This document shows positions 38,287-49,015 of a stretch of 64,000 nt of DNA, one piece after another (within the stretch, counting starts at the first letter, position 1; the number at the start of each line of letters is the position of its first letter). Made by a program: the position numbers and the translations under genes. Source of the DNA: a virus; the IMG/VR virus record IMGVR_UViG_3300025413_000002, positions 3,044-67,043 of that record. The stretch is one strand, 5' to 3'. Under the pieces are notes generated by a model that did not search any database, was not told the DNA's origin, and saw only the letters and a list, made by a program, of their open reading frames with translations.

Positions 38287-41101
38287 GCTCAATCTCCGGT
38301 GCAATTAATCCATCTATATCTAGTAACCCAGTAGAGCAATCAAATATCAATGCTGTTACTCCAGGGGAGGTAATTTTCATACCTTTAGACATACGCTTAT
38401 TCATGTAGCCTTTGTAGAATCCTTTAAGTTCTAATTCTCTTAGGGTGTCCTTGTAGTTAGTCTGGCGTTCTACACAGTCGTGCTTAAACTCACGAGTTAC
38501 AAAGAACATCAACTTAGTATCAGGCTCATAGCGGATAAGCAATTCGCCCTTAGGTTCTAAAGTAGGCAAAGAATGGGCTGCAGTACGTTTATCTACGTCA
38601 GCTTTTACTACCAAGATGTTTTGCATGTGGCGGTTAATATAGTCACCCACTACGGCTACGGCGCTTTCTGTAGGAGGTTTAATCTCTTCACGCATGCCTT
38701 GGATAGTCTTGCAAGTCCATTTATAAATCTCGGCCATGTCATAGTCATGCAAACCAATACGCTTAGCAATAAGGCCACCAGCTATGTTACAAGCCGCCAC
38801 AGCTGACCAAAAGCGTTCAGGAGGGGTTAGCCTTAACTCGGTATCAATACGGCGTTGTACATCCAAAATAGCCTGTACTGCTTCTTCTAAGTTATCTACC
38901 AGCCACTTGATGTATATATCCCCAGCATGCCCGTAATTCTCCTTTAGCTGGCGGTCAAATAGGCGCTTACCATCTTCGGTAGAAATAACATTGTTAGGTG
39001 GGATTGTGTACTCAAAAAGACGTAGCATCTCAGCATTAGCCCCAGCCTTAGCAGAACCTAACTTTTCATAGAAAGACGCATTGGCGCTAGCCAAAGACAT
39101 AGTCTGCCAAGTAGTGTTGTTTTCACGCAACTCATTGGTAGCCCCTTTCATGCGGTCCTTAGCCCTACCTTGAGACATTCCATAAGCCAAATCTGAGAAG
39201 TCTGCAGGGGTTATATTGGTTATTTCGTCAATGGTATAGGGTAAGTTATTCATTACCCCCAAACGCTGCATCTTGGCGTTGTTTGTGTCCTTCCAGACCG
39301 ATGACAAAGACTCGGGGTGACCATACACACTGTTGCACATAAACAACGTTGTTGACTTACCAGTACCGCCAAACTTATAGATGACGTTAATGATTGCACC
39401 CTTAAGTCCAGTGAACTTAAATAGTGGTGCGCCAAAGGCAGTCAGGGCAGCAAACGCATGTGGTTCTAGGCCCGGTAGGGAATACATATTAAATACTTCT
39501 CGCCAGTCTTCATACGTACCACATGGCACCATGTACTGTGCAATGGCTCGGGTCTCGGTTGATGCTGGACTTCCATAAGTACCATCCTTGCTAATCTCCC
39601 TATCCCCAATAATGAACTTGCTGTCTTTATCAGCCCATCCAAATTGTGTTCTCATAATTTCTGATTTCCTTTTGTATTGCAGATTTTTTACAAATGACAT
39701 AACAAAGTTAGATAAGTATTTCATTTGCGTTGGTGTGCAAGCTACACCCTTTGTTGCCAGCTCTTTTTTTAATTCGTCTGGTGATGCTATGATTGACAAA
39801 GGCACTACAAATTCCTTTATGCCATCATGAGGCAGATGCAGTTTCATTAATGCAACGGCTCCCGCAGTTGGGTCGGTCATTAACTTAACTACATATAAAT
39901 CATGCTCATATACGCAGATTGGTTCGGCTTCCTCTGTTGTTGGGGGCATAAAGATTCCACCCGCAGCACCACGTAAAAACGGCTTAGGATACTCAGGGAT
40001 AACTTCTACCACACCCTCTTTCACTTCTACCTTGTTATCTTCTAACTTCGCTTCATTAATCTCAGAACTAAGTGCGACTGGTCCTGTAATTTTGCCTTTC
40101 CATTTGCAGCCATCGCAACCACCAGGATTGTGTTTCTCAAATGTTGCACAGGTATGAGGGCCGCCTTTACCTTCTTTTTGTTGGGTAGCTTTAGCCTCGG
40201 TAGCAATCGCATCATAGTCAGGGTGCTGACTAGACATCATATGAATAGCAACCTCTCTATCCACGCATACATTAGCTACGGTTAGTGCCGACCACCATAA
40301 TGGCTCGCTGATTGAGTCTTGATTTTCATAAGCATAATTAAGCTGTTGGCAACCGTTATCACCACGAATCATGATGTTCTTAAAGCGTTGAATCTTGTTG
40401 CCTAACAAAGACTTAGTAAATTCGTTAAGCTCACCTTTACTAGGTGCAAACTCTATGGGTGCTACCTCAGTAACACCTAGTATTTCCTTGAACTTCCCAA
40501 ACTCTATAGGCGCACCTTCTACTATGATTGATACTGGTAGGGCTGGTATTTCTTTAAAGTTAAATGTTCCAGGTATCCGCAAGACTCTAGCGGTTTCAAA
40601 CACGGATGGGTCTACATAAAAGTTTTGTTTAATGCAAAGGTCTCTAAAGCGTTTAGCTACTGGTTCCCAAGCGTTCCGTGAAACAGATTCTGTTAAGGGC
40701 CAATACACATGTAAGCCTCTGCCTGAGTCAACAATAATTGGTGTTGGTAAGCCAATTAAATCGCAGAACTTTTTGAGTTCTTGCATACCTGTTGCTTGGT
40801 CAATATAACCATCAGGTCTTCCAGTTTTTGGGTTTACTTCTGCTTTAGCTTCGCCGCAATCTATATCCAGCCAGAATGCTTTAAGCGCTTTCACGTTATC
40901 TTGTTCTCTGCTCTCGCCAGTTTCAAACTTAGCAAGCCCAAAGAATACGTTGCGTTCTTCTGCAACAAACTTTTCTGTTATTTTATTTACTTCTTCTCGT
41001 GTCTGTACTAGCTTTTGTCTTACAGATTTCCCTTTAATTCCAAGTACAGCAAACCATCCCTCTTGGGGAAGTACTGTATCTAAAAGGTCAATTGTTGTCA
41101 T
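38255..41101 (-). CDS. Primase-helicase (AEP/RepB-like primase, Cys cluster, DUF927 P-loop)
   Basis: FWLDIDCG, DSGRGLHVYW, RVLRIPGT, CxxC, GTGKST Walker A, IDE Walker B. Confidence 0.85.
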   Translation of the reverse strand: MTTIDLLDTVLPQEGWFAVLGIKGKSVRQKLVQTREEVNKITEKFVAEERNVFFGLAKFETGESREQDNVKALKAFWLDIDCGEAKAEVNPKTGRPDGYIDQATGMQELKKFCDLIGLPTPIIVDSGRGLHVYWPLTESVSRNAWEPVAKRFRDLCIKQNFYVDPSVFETARVLRIPGTFNFKEIPALPVSIIVEGAPIEFGKFKEILGVTEVAPIEFAPSKGELNEFTKSLLGNKIQRFKNIMIRGDNGCQQLNYAYENQDSISEPLWWSALTVANVCVDREVAIHMMSSQHPDYDAIATEAKATQQKEGKGGPHTCATFEKHNPGGCDGCKWKGKITGPVALSSEINEAKLEDNKVEVKEGVVEVIPEYPKPFLRGAAGGIFMPPTTEEAEPICVYEHDLYVVKLMTDPTAGAVALMKLHLPHDGIKEFVVPLSIIASPDELKKELATKGVACTPTQMKYLSNFVMSFVKNLQYKRKSEIMRTQFGWADKDSKFIIGDREISKDGTYGSPASTETRAIAQYMVPCGTYEDWREVFNMYSLPGLEPHAFAALTAFGAPLFKFTGLKGAIINVIYKFGGTGKSTTLFMCNSVYGHPESLSSVWKDTNNAKMQRLGVMNNLPYTIDEITNITPADFSDLAYGMSQGRAKDRMKGATNELRENNTTWQTMSLASANASFYEKLGSAKAGANAEMLRLFEYTIPPNNVISTEDGKRLFDRQLKENYGHAGDIYIKWLVDNLEEAVQAILDVQRRIDTELRLTPPERFWSAVAACNIAGGLIAKRIGLHDYDMAEIYKWTCKTIQGMREEIKPPTESAVAVVGDYINRHMQNILVVKADVDKRTAAHSLPTLEPKGELLIRYEPDTKLMFFVTREFKHDCVERQTNYKDTLRELELKGFYKGYMNKRMSKGMKITSPGVTALIFDCSTGLLDIDGLIAPEIEHASRETELQH

Positions 41102-41170
41102 ATATCTTCCAAAGAAACACAATCGGAGAGGGTTTGGCGTCCTCTCGTCCTGTGTATAAAAAACAATTAA

Positions 41171-41398
41171 TTAAAGCTGGTCTAATAAACCTTGTATGGC
41201 AGGCTCGTATACTTCTTGTGGGTCGTGCAGACCCGTAAACCAATTATATACAGTCATCCGGCTAACTCCGATAATCCCAGCAACTTGTGCTACGGAAATG
41301 CTACACCGTATGCACTCCTTGCCGAGCATTACCCCAAGCTTTTTCTTATCGGCTTGTTTGTTTAACTGGACCAGCTTTACGCTGTAGCCGTGGCTCAT
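41171..41398 (-). CDS. XRE/Cro-like HTH protein
   Basis: SVAQVAGIIGVSRMTVYNWFTG. Confidence 0.75.
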   Translation of the reverse strand: MSHGYSVKLVQLNKQADKKKLGVMLGKECIRCSISVAQVAGIIGVSRMTVYNWFTGLHDPQEVYEPAIQGLLDQL

Positions 41399-42288
41399 TA
41401 GTCTACCGCACTCCACGCATTGATTACGTCGCCTAAACTCTTCTTACTAGCTGGCGCAACCTCAACTTTTTTAGTAGCACGTTTTACTGGTTCAGATACT
41501 TCTTCGTCCGGTTCCATTTGTGTTACAGGTTTCTTAACTGCAGGTGCAGCCAATGTAGGCTTTTTAACACCATCAGTTTGAGCTACGGTTAAAGTAATGG
41601 CATTCTTAGCTTCGATAGAATCACCAGCTTCTGCAGCTAAATGCCATTCATCTTCAGTGATGTGACGTGCTGGAGAGAACAACAACTTAGGTGTATCACT
41701 ATCTGTATCCAAACTAATTTGGGTTACGATTTGGTTAATGTTACGACCATTACCAGCTACGTATTTGATATAGCTTTCGAATGGATGCACATTACCTTCA
41801 CCCTTACCAAAGATAGAAGTAGATGGAAGTTGTAGCTGATACACATCACCGCTTGTGTCGCCTTCCAAAAGGACTGCAATCTTACGGGTGTAACGACATG
41901 CACGAGAGTTGCCATTGCCTGAACCAGCTACGTTTTGTGGACAAGTAGCGCATGAATCGCTTTGACGTCCTTCATCTTTAGTGTCCGCATGAACACCATC
42001 ATTAGATACACAAGTAGGGGGAACGATTGCATTTGGGTCGTACTTACCAGCATAGTAAATACGAGATACGCCCTTAGCTGCATTAACAATGATTACGTTT
42101 AATTCACGGCTAGTAATCTTACCAACTTCTTCGCCGCCTACAATCTTACGGAATACACCACCACGGATTGAAATGCGTTTACCACCGCCGCTAATCTTAC
42201 CAGCAAGAGATTTAGTTAAATCATTAAGGCCGTTAGCGCCTTGTAAGAATGCTGGTACTTCTTGATTAAAAATAGTTACGTTACTCAT
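41398..42288 (-). CDS. Putative ssDNA-binding/replication protein
   Basis: 296 aa, RISIRGGVFR, Cys cluster, flexible charged tail ending in W; within the replication module. Confidence 0.55.
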   Translation of the reverse strand: MSNVTIFNQEVPAFLQGANGLNDLTKSLAGKISGGGKRISIRGGVFRKIVGGEEVGKITSRELNVIIVNAAKGVSRIYYAGKYDPNAIVPPTCVSNDGVHADTKDEGRQSDSCATCPQNVAGSGNGNSRACRYTRKIAVLLEGDTSGDVYQLQLPSTSIFGKGEGNVHPFESYIKYVAGNGRNINQIVTQISLDTDSDTPKLLFSPARHITEDEWHLAAEAGDSIEAKNAITLTVAQTDGVKKPTLAAPAVKKPVTQMEPDEEVSEPVKRATKKVEVAPASKKSLGDVINAWSAVD

Positions 42289-42290
42289 TA

Positions 42291-42542
42291 TTACTCCTTG
42301 TGCACGGCTTCGCCGGTTTTTAAAAATTTTAAAAATACTTCTGCAGACTCAGTAATTGCTACTGCACCGAATCCTTCCTTCTTCGCTTTTACTGCTTCAG
42401 ACAACGCAATACTACGCATCTGTATTTCAATCTGTGCATTCTGTTGTACATCTTGCATAGCTCGTTGTTGTGCTTCTTGGATTGCGACTTCCATTTCCAT
42501 ACGGGCTTGTTGCTCTGGTGTCGCTTGTTGTGCTTCTGACAT
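42291..42542 (-). CDS. Small Q-rich hypothetical protein
   Basis: 83 aa, AGGAG SD. Confidence 0.6.
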   Translation of the reverse strand: MSEAQQATPEQQARMEMEVAIQEAQQRAMQDVQQNAQIEIQMRSIALSEAVKAKKEGFGAVAITESAEVFLKFLKTGEAVHKE

Positions 42543-42543
42543 A

Positions 42544-42936
42544 TTAGCTCCTTCTAACTACCACGGTATATTTTCTATCGACCTGAACTCCCGGTGGCAT
42601 CAGCTCAGGATTTTCTTCTAAAAACTGCTTCATGTTTGCTTGATGAATACGTTGCTCTAACAAACCTAAAGCATCATGCTCTTTAATAAATTGATGCATA
42701 GACTCCCAATCGGTAGACCAATAGCGGGTAGATATTTTACGGATGATTGTGCCTGACTCGGTCTTAATGCTTGTGGCATTTTGGTCCTTACATAGCTCCA
42801 ACAACTGCTCCGATATCATATCTAGTTGCTCTTGAAATTCTGCCAACTTAGACTTCATCTTTTCCTCTTCGGCGTGCTTAGCATCTCTTATTTTTATATA
42901 GATGTTTGCAAGCTTTTCTGCTGACATTTGCTCCAT
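42544..42936 (-). CDS. Replication-module coiled-coil protein
   Basis: YIKIRD...SIKTESGT...DWE...PPGV; start at 42936 downstream of the promoter. Confidence 0.65.
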   Translation of the reverse strand: MEQMSAEKLANIYIKIRDAKHAEEEKMKSKLAEFQEQLDMISEQLLELCKDQNATSIKTESGTIIRKISTRYWSTDWESMHQFIKEHDALGLLEQRIHQANMKQFLEENPELMPPGVQVDRKYTVVVRRS

Positions 42937-42960
42937 TACATGCTCCTTTTTAGAGCTGTT

Positions 42961-42988
42961 AGTATACCACATTTCTTTACTGTGTCAA
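42961..42988 (-). promoter_or_regulatory. Sigma70-type promoter TTGACA-16-TATACT
   Basis: Near-consensus boxes; spacer shares AGTAAAGAA with the 51540 promoter. Confidence 0.75.
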
Positions 42989-42992
42989 ACTA

Positions 42993-44369
42993 TTATTCTA
43001 TTTCTTGGCGGTACAAATCAATCAACCTTGTGTGGTTATCAATGTTGTTATTTAGCATCTTGTACAACTTGCTTTCCACTTCGCTACCCTTGATATGCAC
43101 GATAGTCATAGGGTTCTTTTGGCCGGGCCTATTAATACGGGCGTTGGCTTGTAGATATGTTTCTACACTCATTACAGGAGCGTACCAAATGATGACATTA
43201 GCCGCAGTTAGGGTTAACCCGTGCGATGCAGCTTGGGGTTGAATAATTAGAACTTGAATGTTATCAGTATCTTGGAAGTCTTGAATAATTGTATTACGTC
43301 TTGCTACTGGAACCTGCCCATTAATTGTGTCATTACTAATACCATTCTTAGTTAAGTAAGCCCGCAGTAACTCTATGGTATGCGTGAAAGGTACAAACAC
43401 TAGCACCTTGTGGGATGCCTCATCAATAACTTCCTTAACAACTTGTAGCCTGTTGGATACATCAAACTCCACAACTTCTTTAGTATCGGTATAGACCGCA
43501 CCACCTGAAATTTGTAACAGCTTATTAATACTTGTTGCCGCATTTGCTGAACTGATTTCTTCTCCAGCCGCTTGAATAATCATGTCTTGTTTAAGCTTTT
43601 GGTAATACTTCTTTTGCTGAGGAGTAAGGGGTGCTTCACGTTCTACAAAAGTTACATCGGGTAAGTCTAAGCATTGACTCTTTTCAAAACGAATCGCTGG
43701 TTGTAAGGCTTGATGTACTACATCTTGTGCGTTGGATTTAGGAACCCAACGATACATACCAACTTTGTACATGACTTGGTCACGGAAAGAACCAAAGAAT
43801 TTAGGAACTCCATCTGGGTTAATTAGCTTGGCTAAACCATAGGCATCAATTGGTGACTGTGCGGCGGGTGTTCCTGTGAGCATCCACAGACCCTTAATAT
43901 CTTTGCACAGGTCACGCAATATCTTCCAGCGCTCTGTAGTTACATTCTTATAAGCACTTGCTTCATCCACTACGATTAAGTCAAACCCGCCAGCCGCTAT
44001 TACATCTTGCACAATAGCTAATCCATCAAAGTTAATGATGACAAACTCTGCACCACCTTCGATAATTTTAGCGCGCTTCTTTTTATCACCGTAAGCTATG
44101 TCACAAGAACGGTGGCATGCAAATTTAAACAAGTCGTTCTGCCATGCGGATTTCATAATAGATAGTGGGCATACGATTAATACACGCTTGACTAGTCCTA
44201 GATTCATTAGGTAGTCTGCTGCCCAAATAACAGATGCAGTCTTTCCCGTACCTTGCTCGTTAAAACAAAATGCTCTTGGGCGTTCTGTAAGAAATGCTGC
44301 TGTTACTTTTTGATGATTAAACGGTTTGTATTGTCCTGGCCAATCGTAGTCAGTTTCAATTTGCGCCAT
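42993..44369 (-). CDS. SNF2-family helicase
   Basis: EQGTGKT, VVDEA, LTGTP, GLTLTAA, QANARINRPGQ; likely start 44369. Confidence 0.9.
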   Translation of the reverse strand: MAQIETDYDWPGQYKPFNHQKVTAAFLTERPRAFCFNEQGTGKTASVIWAADYLMNLGLVKRVLIVCPLSIMKSAWQNDLFKFACHRSCDIAYGDKKKRAKIIEGGAEFVIINFDGLAIVQDVIAAGGFDLIVVDEASAYKNVTTERWKILRDLCKDIKGLWMLTGTPAAQSPIDAYGLAKLINPDGVPKFFGSFRDQVMYKVGMYRWVPKSNAQDVVHQALQPAIRFEKSQCLDLPDVTFVEREAPLTPQQKKYYQKLKQDMIIQAAGEEISSANAATSINKLLQISGGAVYTDTKEVVEFDVSNRLQVVKEVIDEASHKVLVFVPFTHTIELLRAYLTKNGISNDTINGQVPVARRNTIIQDFQDTDNIQVLIIQPQAASHGLTLTAANVIIWYAPVMSVETYLQANARINRPGQKNPMTIVHIKGSEVESKLYKMLNNNIDNHTRLIDLYRQEIE

Positions 44370-44649
44370 TTTTTGGTTTGTTTTTCTTGATTGTGTGGTC
44401 TGAGTTTCTACTGAATGAGCGGTTTGCACTTGCGGATTTAACCCGCAAATTGCCTTCAGTATTTGCGCCCCCTTTGCTAAGGGGCTTAATGTGGTCAACA
44501 TCTTTTCCATCGCCTTTAGTTACTTTCCCTTTTTTAGCTAGCTCTGCACGTGCCTTGTTACGAGCTTCCCTGTTTTTAACTTGCTCAGGAGAATCCTCGT
44601 ATTTAGCGGCATTCTTATATTTGCGGTCTGCTTTGTTCTTGTATGGCAT
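44356..44649 (-). CDS. Small HNH protein
   Basis: DVDHIKPLSKGG..NLRVKSASANRS. Confidence 0.85.
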   Translation of the reverse strand: MPYKNKADRKYKNAAKYEDSPEQVKNREARNKARAELAKKGKVTKGDGKDVDHIKPLSKGGANTEGNLRVKSASANRSFSRNSDHTIKKNKPKNGAN

Positions 44650-44956
44650 TTTCCATTCCTACTATTTCAATTGGTTCACCCTCACCATTTACTGGTATAA
44701 AATCGGGTATATTGGTAGCAAAAGGGTTAGTTTCCCATAAAGGCACCCGACCATCTTTCTCTATAGATTGTAAAGCTTTTCCTATAGAAAGTGTAATTTC
44801 CGTCATCATAGCTTGTTTTTCACGTTCTATGGCAGCATGAATTTCTCTACCAATTACATTGACCACTACCGATTGCAGAACTGCTTTTACTCGTTCCTTT
44901 AGCTTCTCTTCTAAAATTAATGCAGCATCTAATGATTGATTATCTAGCTCTTCCAC
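44615..44956 (-). CDS. Hypothetical protein
   Basis: 113 aa, fills the operon gap. Confidence 0.55.
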   Translation of the reverse strand: MEELDNQSLDAALILEEKLKERVKAVLQSVVVNVIGREIHAAIEREKQAMMTEITLSIGKALQSIEKDGRVPLWETNPFATNIPDFIPVNGEGEPIEIVGMENAIQEQSRPQI

Positions 44957-45636
44957 GATTGTTTTTCCTTGTTATGTACGCATGTTTTGACTGGGCACCA
45001 GCCACAAAGTGGGCCTGTAACTGGGTTCCAAATGCCACTATCCATAGCCATTTCTAGCCTCTTTAAGTCGGGTTCAACTGACGTAAGGTAGGCATACTTG
45101 TGCATGGAATTGTGTTCCTTCTTTACAAACTCCTTACTTACTACAAATATCAGGGCAGACTTAATGGTCAGCACCTCAGGAAAACGTAGGAAAACTGCGG
45201 ATGCCATGTAATCTAGCTGTTTAGTATCGGCATACTTTGCATTTTTACTAGTCTTGTAGTCAACCAAATAGGCTTCATCCCCGTTAACAATAAGTAGGTC
45301 GGCGATACCATGCCACCAATACTTAGGGTCATCAAATTCGCATGCAACATATTTGTTGTCTGAAGTCTTTTTAATCCCTAGTTCAATCTCGCAATACTTT
45401 TCTCCCGGGATTTTATTTAAAGCATCTAAAGTGTCTAGTACATACGAATACTTCTCAGGTACGGGTTTACCCTCCTTGATGTAATCTTCTGCCGCTTTGT
45501 GAACTTCCTTGCCGTAGATGGTATGCACCGTATCTTCTTGCTTAATATCCTTAGCAATCTTTAGGTGGTAATACTTCTTTGGGCATTGTTGAAAGGTCTT
45601 TAAGCTACTGTAAGACCAAGTTACTTTACTGGGCAT
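44944..45636 (-). CDS. PD-(D/E)XK Cas4-like exonuclease
   Basis: SYSSL..FQQCP, G.EVH, ADLL, DYKT, QL.Y, C-terminal CGWCPVKTC. Confidence 0.85.
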   Translation of the reverse strand: MPSKVTWSYSSLKTFQQCPKKYYHLKIAKDIKQEDTVHTIYGKEVHKAAEDYIKEGKPVPEKYSYVLDTLDALNKIPGEKYCEIELGIKKTSDNKYVACEFDDPKYWWHGIADLLIVNGDEAYLVDYKTSKNAKYADTKQLDYMASAVFLRFPEVLTIKSALIFVVSKEFVKKEHNSMHKYAYLTSVEPDLKRLEMAMDSGIWNPVTGPLCGWCPVKTCVHNKEKQSWKS

Positions 45637-46800
45637 TTGGACTCCAGATTGGTGGGTTTGGTTGGGTAGGTGACATAGTTACGGCTTGCCCTACATATTG
45701 TCCATTAGCGCCTGTATAAATAGTTACTTGCTGAGCAAATGCTTTTGGTGGAAAAGCCATAAATACCATACTACCTATTACTATCGCTGCTATTACTATC
45801 CATTTCATTTTGCTTCTCCTCTTTCATTTGGGGTTGGGGCAACTTAGTTTTTTTACCAAATATTGCTTCAAAGTTTGTATCAAACTTATCCATAGGTACA
45901 CTTAATGGGCGTGGTGCAATCCCTTTACCACCATCTCTAGGCATGTCTAAGTTTCTCCACATATTGTTTTAACTCCTCTGTCGGCATGTAATGAAATAAA
46001 ACAGAGCCATCAGGTAGTATTTCATAGTCGGGGGCATTACCGCCCATAAGCTTAAATGCTTGTAGTCCTTGCTCAAGAATCTCTATGAGTTCTTGGTGTT
46101 CTGTTGTGCTCATCTTGCCTCCATATATAAACCTACATTACCCAAAGCGTAGCCTAAAAATGCAATAGATAAGCCCACTTGACCTTTACGAAATAAATCA
46201 ACTGCCACAACTAAATACACTACGCCTATAACTGCAATTAACCAGCTACTCATTTTGCTTTCACTTTCCTTTTAGCTTTAAATATTGTTGGTTTAAGTCC
46301 AAAGTTTGTTATCTTTTTAAATTCAGGTACTTCGGGAGGTAGCATACGCAACACATCTAAAACAACATCTTCTAATACTTTACGCATCCCCTTCTTCATT
46401 CTTTTTTCTTCCACGTTTAACTGCAACAATCCCTGTTTCTTCTTTTGGTTTGCGTGCTTCGAGCATGTGGTCTGCTAGTTTATAGGCGTTTGTGGCGACT
46501 AAGCTCAAATCAGTTTGGTCAGTTAAACCTCGAGTCACAATTCCATTTATCACAAACATAGCAAAACAATCTCTTAAATCGTTGTCATTCATGGTAAACC
46601 CCACCTTCTGCAGTTCGTATTGCATTAGCCATTAGCTTAATCTCTACATGCAAGTTATAAAGAGCCATAAACGCTTCTTCTGTACGTCTGTCGTTCATTA
46701 GTATTTCAATATCGTGTATCAATCGCTTGGCACGCAATAAGTATTCTGTGTAGTCCACCATTTCTTCTCCTATATATCTAAATAATCTATTAACTGACAA
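45626..46800 (-). other. Run of small coupled ORFs (45626-45808, 45771-45944, 45937-46113, 46110-46253 membrane protein, 46380-, 46585-)
   Basis: Overlapping start/stop codons; 45937-46113 and 46110-46253 translated by hand. Confidence 0.55.
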
Positions 46801-47198
46801 GTTCTACTGTAATGCCGCATTTTACGTAAAGCTCTAGCTTCTAGCTGACGTATGCGTTCTCTTGATAAATCCATAATCTTGCCAACTTCTTCTAACGAAT
46901 GGTCATGATTCATATTGATACCAAAACGCAACCGTAATACTTTTCTTTCCCTGCGTGTTAATGAATCCAAAACATCTTTCATTACTTCTTTAAACTCAGC
47001 TACTTCATACGCATTCTCGGCTGTACTGCGTTCAATCAGCAATTCAATTGTTTCGGGATTAACTGTTTCATATGTAACATCATCTTCAATATAGTGCTTC
47101 GGAATCAAATGCCCAGTTATAGGCGCTCTATCCAAAGCACTAAGAATGTTCTGCTCCGTATAGTCGTTGTAGTGTTTATAAAGCTTACCCACTAACAA
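46770..47198 (-). CDS. Sigma70 region 4 domain protein
   Basis: LDSLTRRERKVLRLRFGI..DHSLEEVGKIMDLSRERIRQLEARALRKMRH, close to RpoD region 4; no region 2. Confidence 0.9.
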   Translation of the reverse strand: MLVGKLYKHYNDYTEQNILSALDRAPITGHLIPKHYIEDDVTYETVNPETIELLIERSTAENAYEVAEFKEVMKDVLDSLTRRERKVLRLRFGINMNHDHSLEEVGKIMDLSRERIRQLEARALRKMRHYSRTCQLIDYLDI

Positions 47199-49015
47199 TC
47201 TCCATAAGTTTTACCAATACCGCTTTCACAATTTAATGGCAAATCTAATGCCCATTTAGGTCGCATCCTCATGCACATCTCAACAAACTCTTGTCCAGCT
47301 TGGGCTTCGCTATCGGGTACGATACAAGCAACCGCATCATGCACAGTCATTACAACCTTGTACTTCCTAGAAATCATAAGCATTTGCTCACCCACAATGA
47401 TTCGGGCTAAGGCTTGACACACATTCTCAACAACTTTCCCGCCGTATATTCTATTAGGGATAGTGGTTTTGCCACGCTTGGTGTCGTACACATATTCATC
47501 TTTCCCGTCGTCATTGGTCTGTTTGCGTAGATTAGGATACTTAATATACAGACCATTAGGAAGCCTAATACCTTTCCTACCTTCAACATACAACACTCCT
47601 TCTCTACCAAAACTACAAGTACCATCCTCAACGATTGCATCTAATACCTTACCCGCTTCTTTCCAAAGTGCAGGTATGCAAGGATATGTTTGTCGATAGA
47701 CCGAGATAATACGACTGGCTTCCTCCTCTTCCACCTCCACGCCAAAAGTCTTGAGTTGCACCCCGAATTTCTTGCTCCCCATGCCGTAGCCAGCCCCGAG
47801 GATGGTGGTTTTCCCCACGAAGCGTTCATCTTTCGTAATGTCTTTCTCTTCCTTGACGTAGATAGCCGACGCCATGATTTTATAAACATCCTCGCCGTTT
47901 TCAAATGCCTCAATTAAATCCTCCTGTCCAGCTAACCAAGCTAGGGTTCGTGCTTCAATTTGTGATGAGTCGCAGTCAATAATTTGATAGCCTTTAGGGG
48001 CACGGATTGCATGCTTTAAACGAGAGCCACGACCCAAGTTCTGCATATTGATTTTGTCATCGCCACCCCAGCGCCCTGTATGAGCCGCATAGTAACGTAG
48101 TGGAATAGGCATAACACCACGCTCTGCGATACCAATAAATCGTTCTGTCCTTGTCTCCTCAAGGGTAGATTTAACACCCAGCCGAGCAGATGCTAATGCT
48201 TGTACCCCGGGTAACGGATGCTCAAGTAGCGCTTTAAACCCTTCATCTGTCTTAGCAAATGCCCATGTTTCCTTACCTGTTGTTGGGCTAATCTTACGTG
48301 GAGGTTCAACCTTACATAGCTCTAGTAATGCGGCAAACTTATCATTACTCATTATTTGGTCACGGTCTACCTCAACCAACTTCATTAAGTCTTCTTTTGT
48401 TTTTTGAATATCGCTTAAGTGTGCTAGCAACACATTAACATCCAACTCCAGCACAGGTTCGCTAAACATCTTAATGGTCAAGTCAATCAGCTTTAACTCA
48501 AATGTCGGGAACTCTTGCATCAATTCCTGAAAGAGTGCATAAGTAAGTTCTACGTCGTTCTTGCAGTATTCACCATATTTCGAAAGTTCATCTGGGGTGA
48601 AATCTAATCGGTGTTTACCCTTAGCGTCTAAGACTTCTGTGCCTTTAACTCCAAGCCCATAATATTTAGTTAAGGCATCCAAGCTACCACCGACTTCGAT
48701 AGTATGTATTGCACGAGCCATTGAAAGAGTGTCCAACCAAGCAGTAGGCTTAATACCAAAAGTCCAAGTAAGTATGCTAGCGTCAAACATTGCATTGTGA
48801 GCAAGCGCCAAAGAATTTCCCCAATCAAATCCTTCAAGAAATTGGCGTGTCTTTTCTTTTGTTCCTGAGAACCATTGTGTTTCTTCATCATTTACCTTTA
48901 CGGCTACGCCGATAACTTCAAACTCATCACCACGCACATACTCCTCTATAGTTTTTTTACTTAAACTGTATGTTTGTGAGTAAAATGATTCAAAATCGAC
49001 TGTAATAATATTCAT
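47192..49015 (-). CDS. DNA polymerase, family A, with 3'-5' exonuclease
   Basis: DFES, AHNAMFD, YCKND exo motifs; HTGRWGG, DSSQIEAR (A), KTTILGAGYG (B), TVHD (C). Confidence 0.92.
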   Translation of the reverse strand: MNIITVDFESFYSQTYSLSKKTIEEYVRGDEFEVIGVAVKVNDEETQWFSGTKEKTRQFLEGFDWGNSLALAHNAMFDASILTWTFGIKPTAWLDTLSMARAIHTIEVGGSLDALTKYYGLGVKGTEVLDAKGKHRLDFTPDELSKYGEYCKNDVELTYALFQELMQEFPTFELKLIDLTIKMFSEPVLELDVNVLLAHLSDIQKTKEDLMKLVEVDRDQIMSNDKFAALLELCKVEPPRKISPTTGKETWAFAKTDEGFKALLEHPLPGVQALASARLGVKSTLEETRTERFIGIAERGVMPIPLRYYAAHTGRWGGDDKINMQNLGRGSRLKHAIRAPKGYQIIDCDSSQIEARTLAWLAGQEDLIEAFENGEDVYKIMASAIYVKEEKDITKDERFVGKTTILGAGYGMGSKKFGVQLKTFGVEVEEEEASRIISVYRQTYPCIPALWKEAGKVLDAIVEDGTCSFGREGVLYVEGRKGIRLPNGLYIKYPNLRKQTNDDGKDEYVYDTKRGKTTIPNRIYGGKVVENVCQALARIIVGEQMLMISRKYKVVMTVHDAVACIVPDSEAQAGQEFVEMCMRMRPKWALDLPLNCESGIGKTYGDC

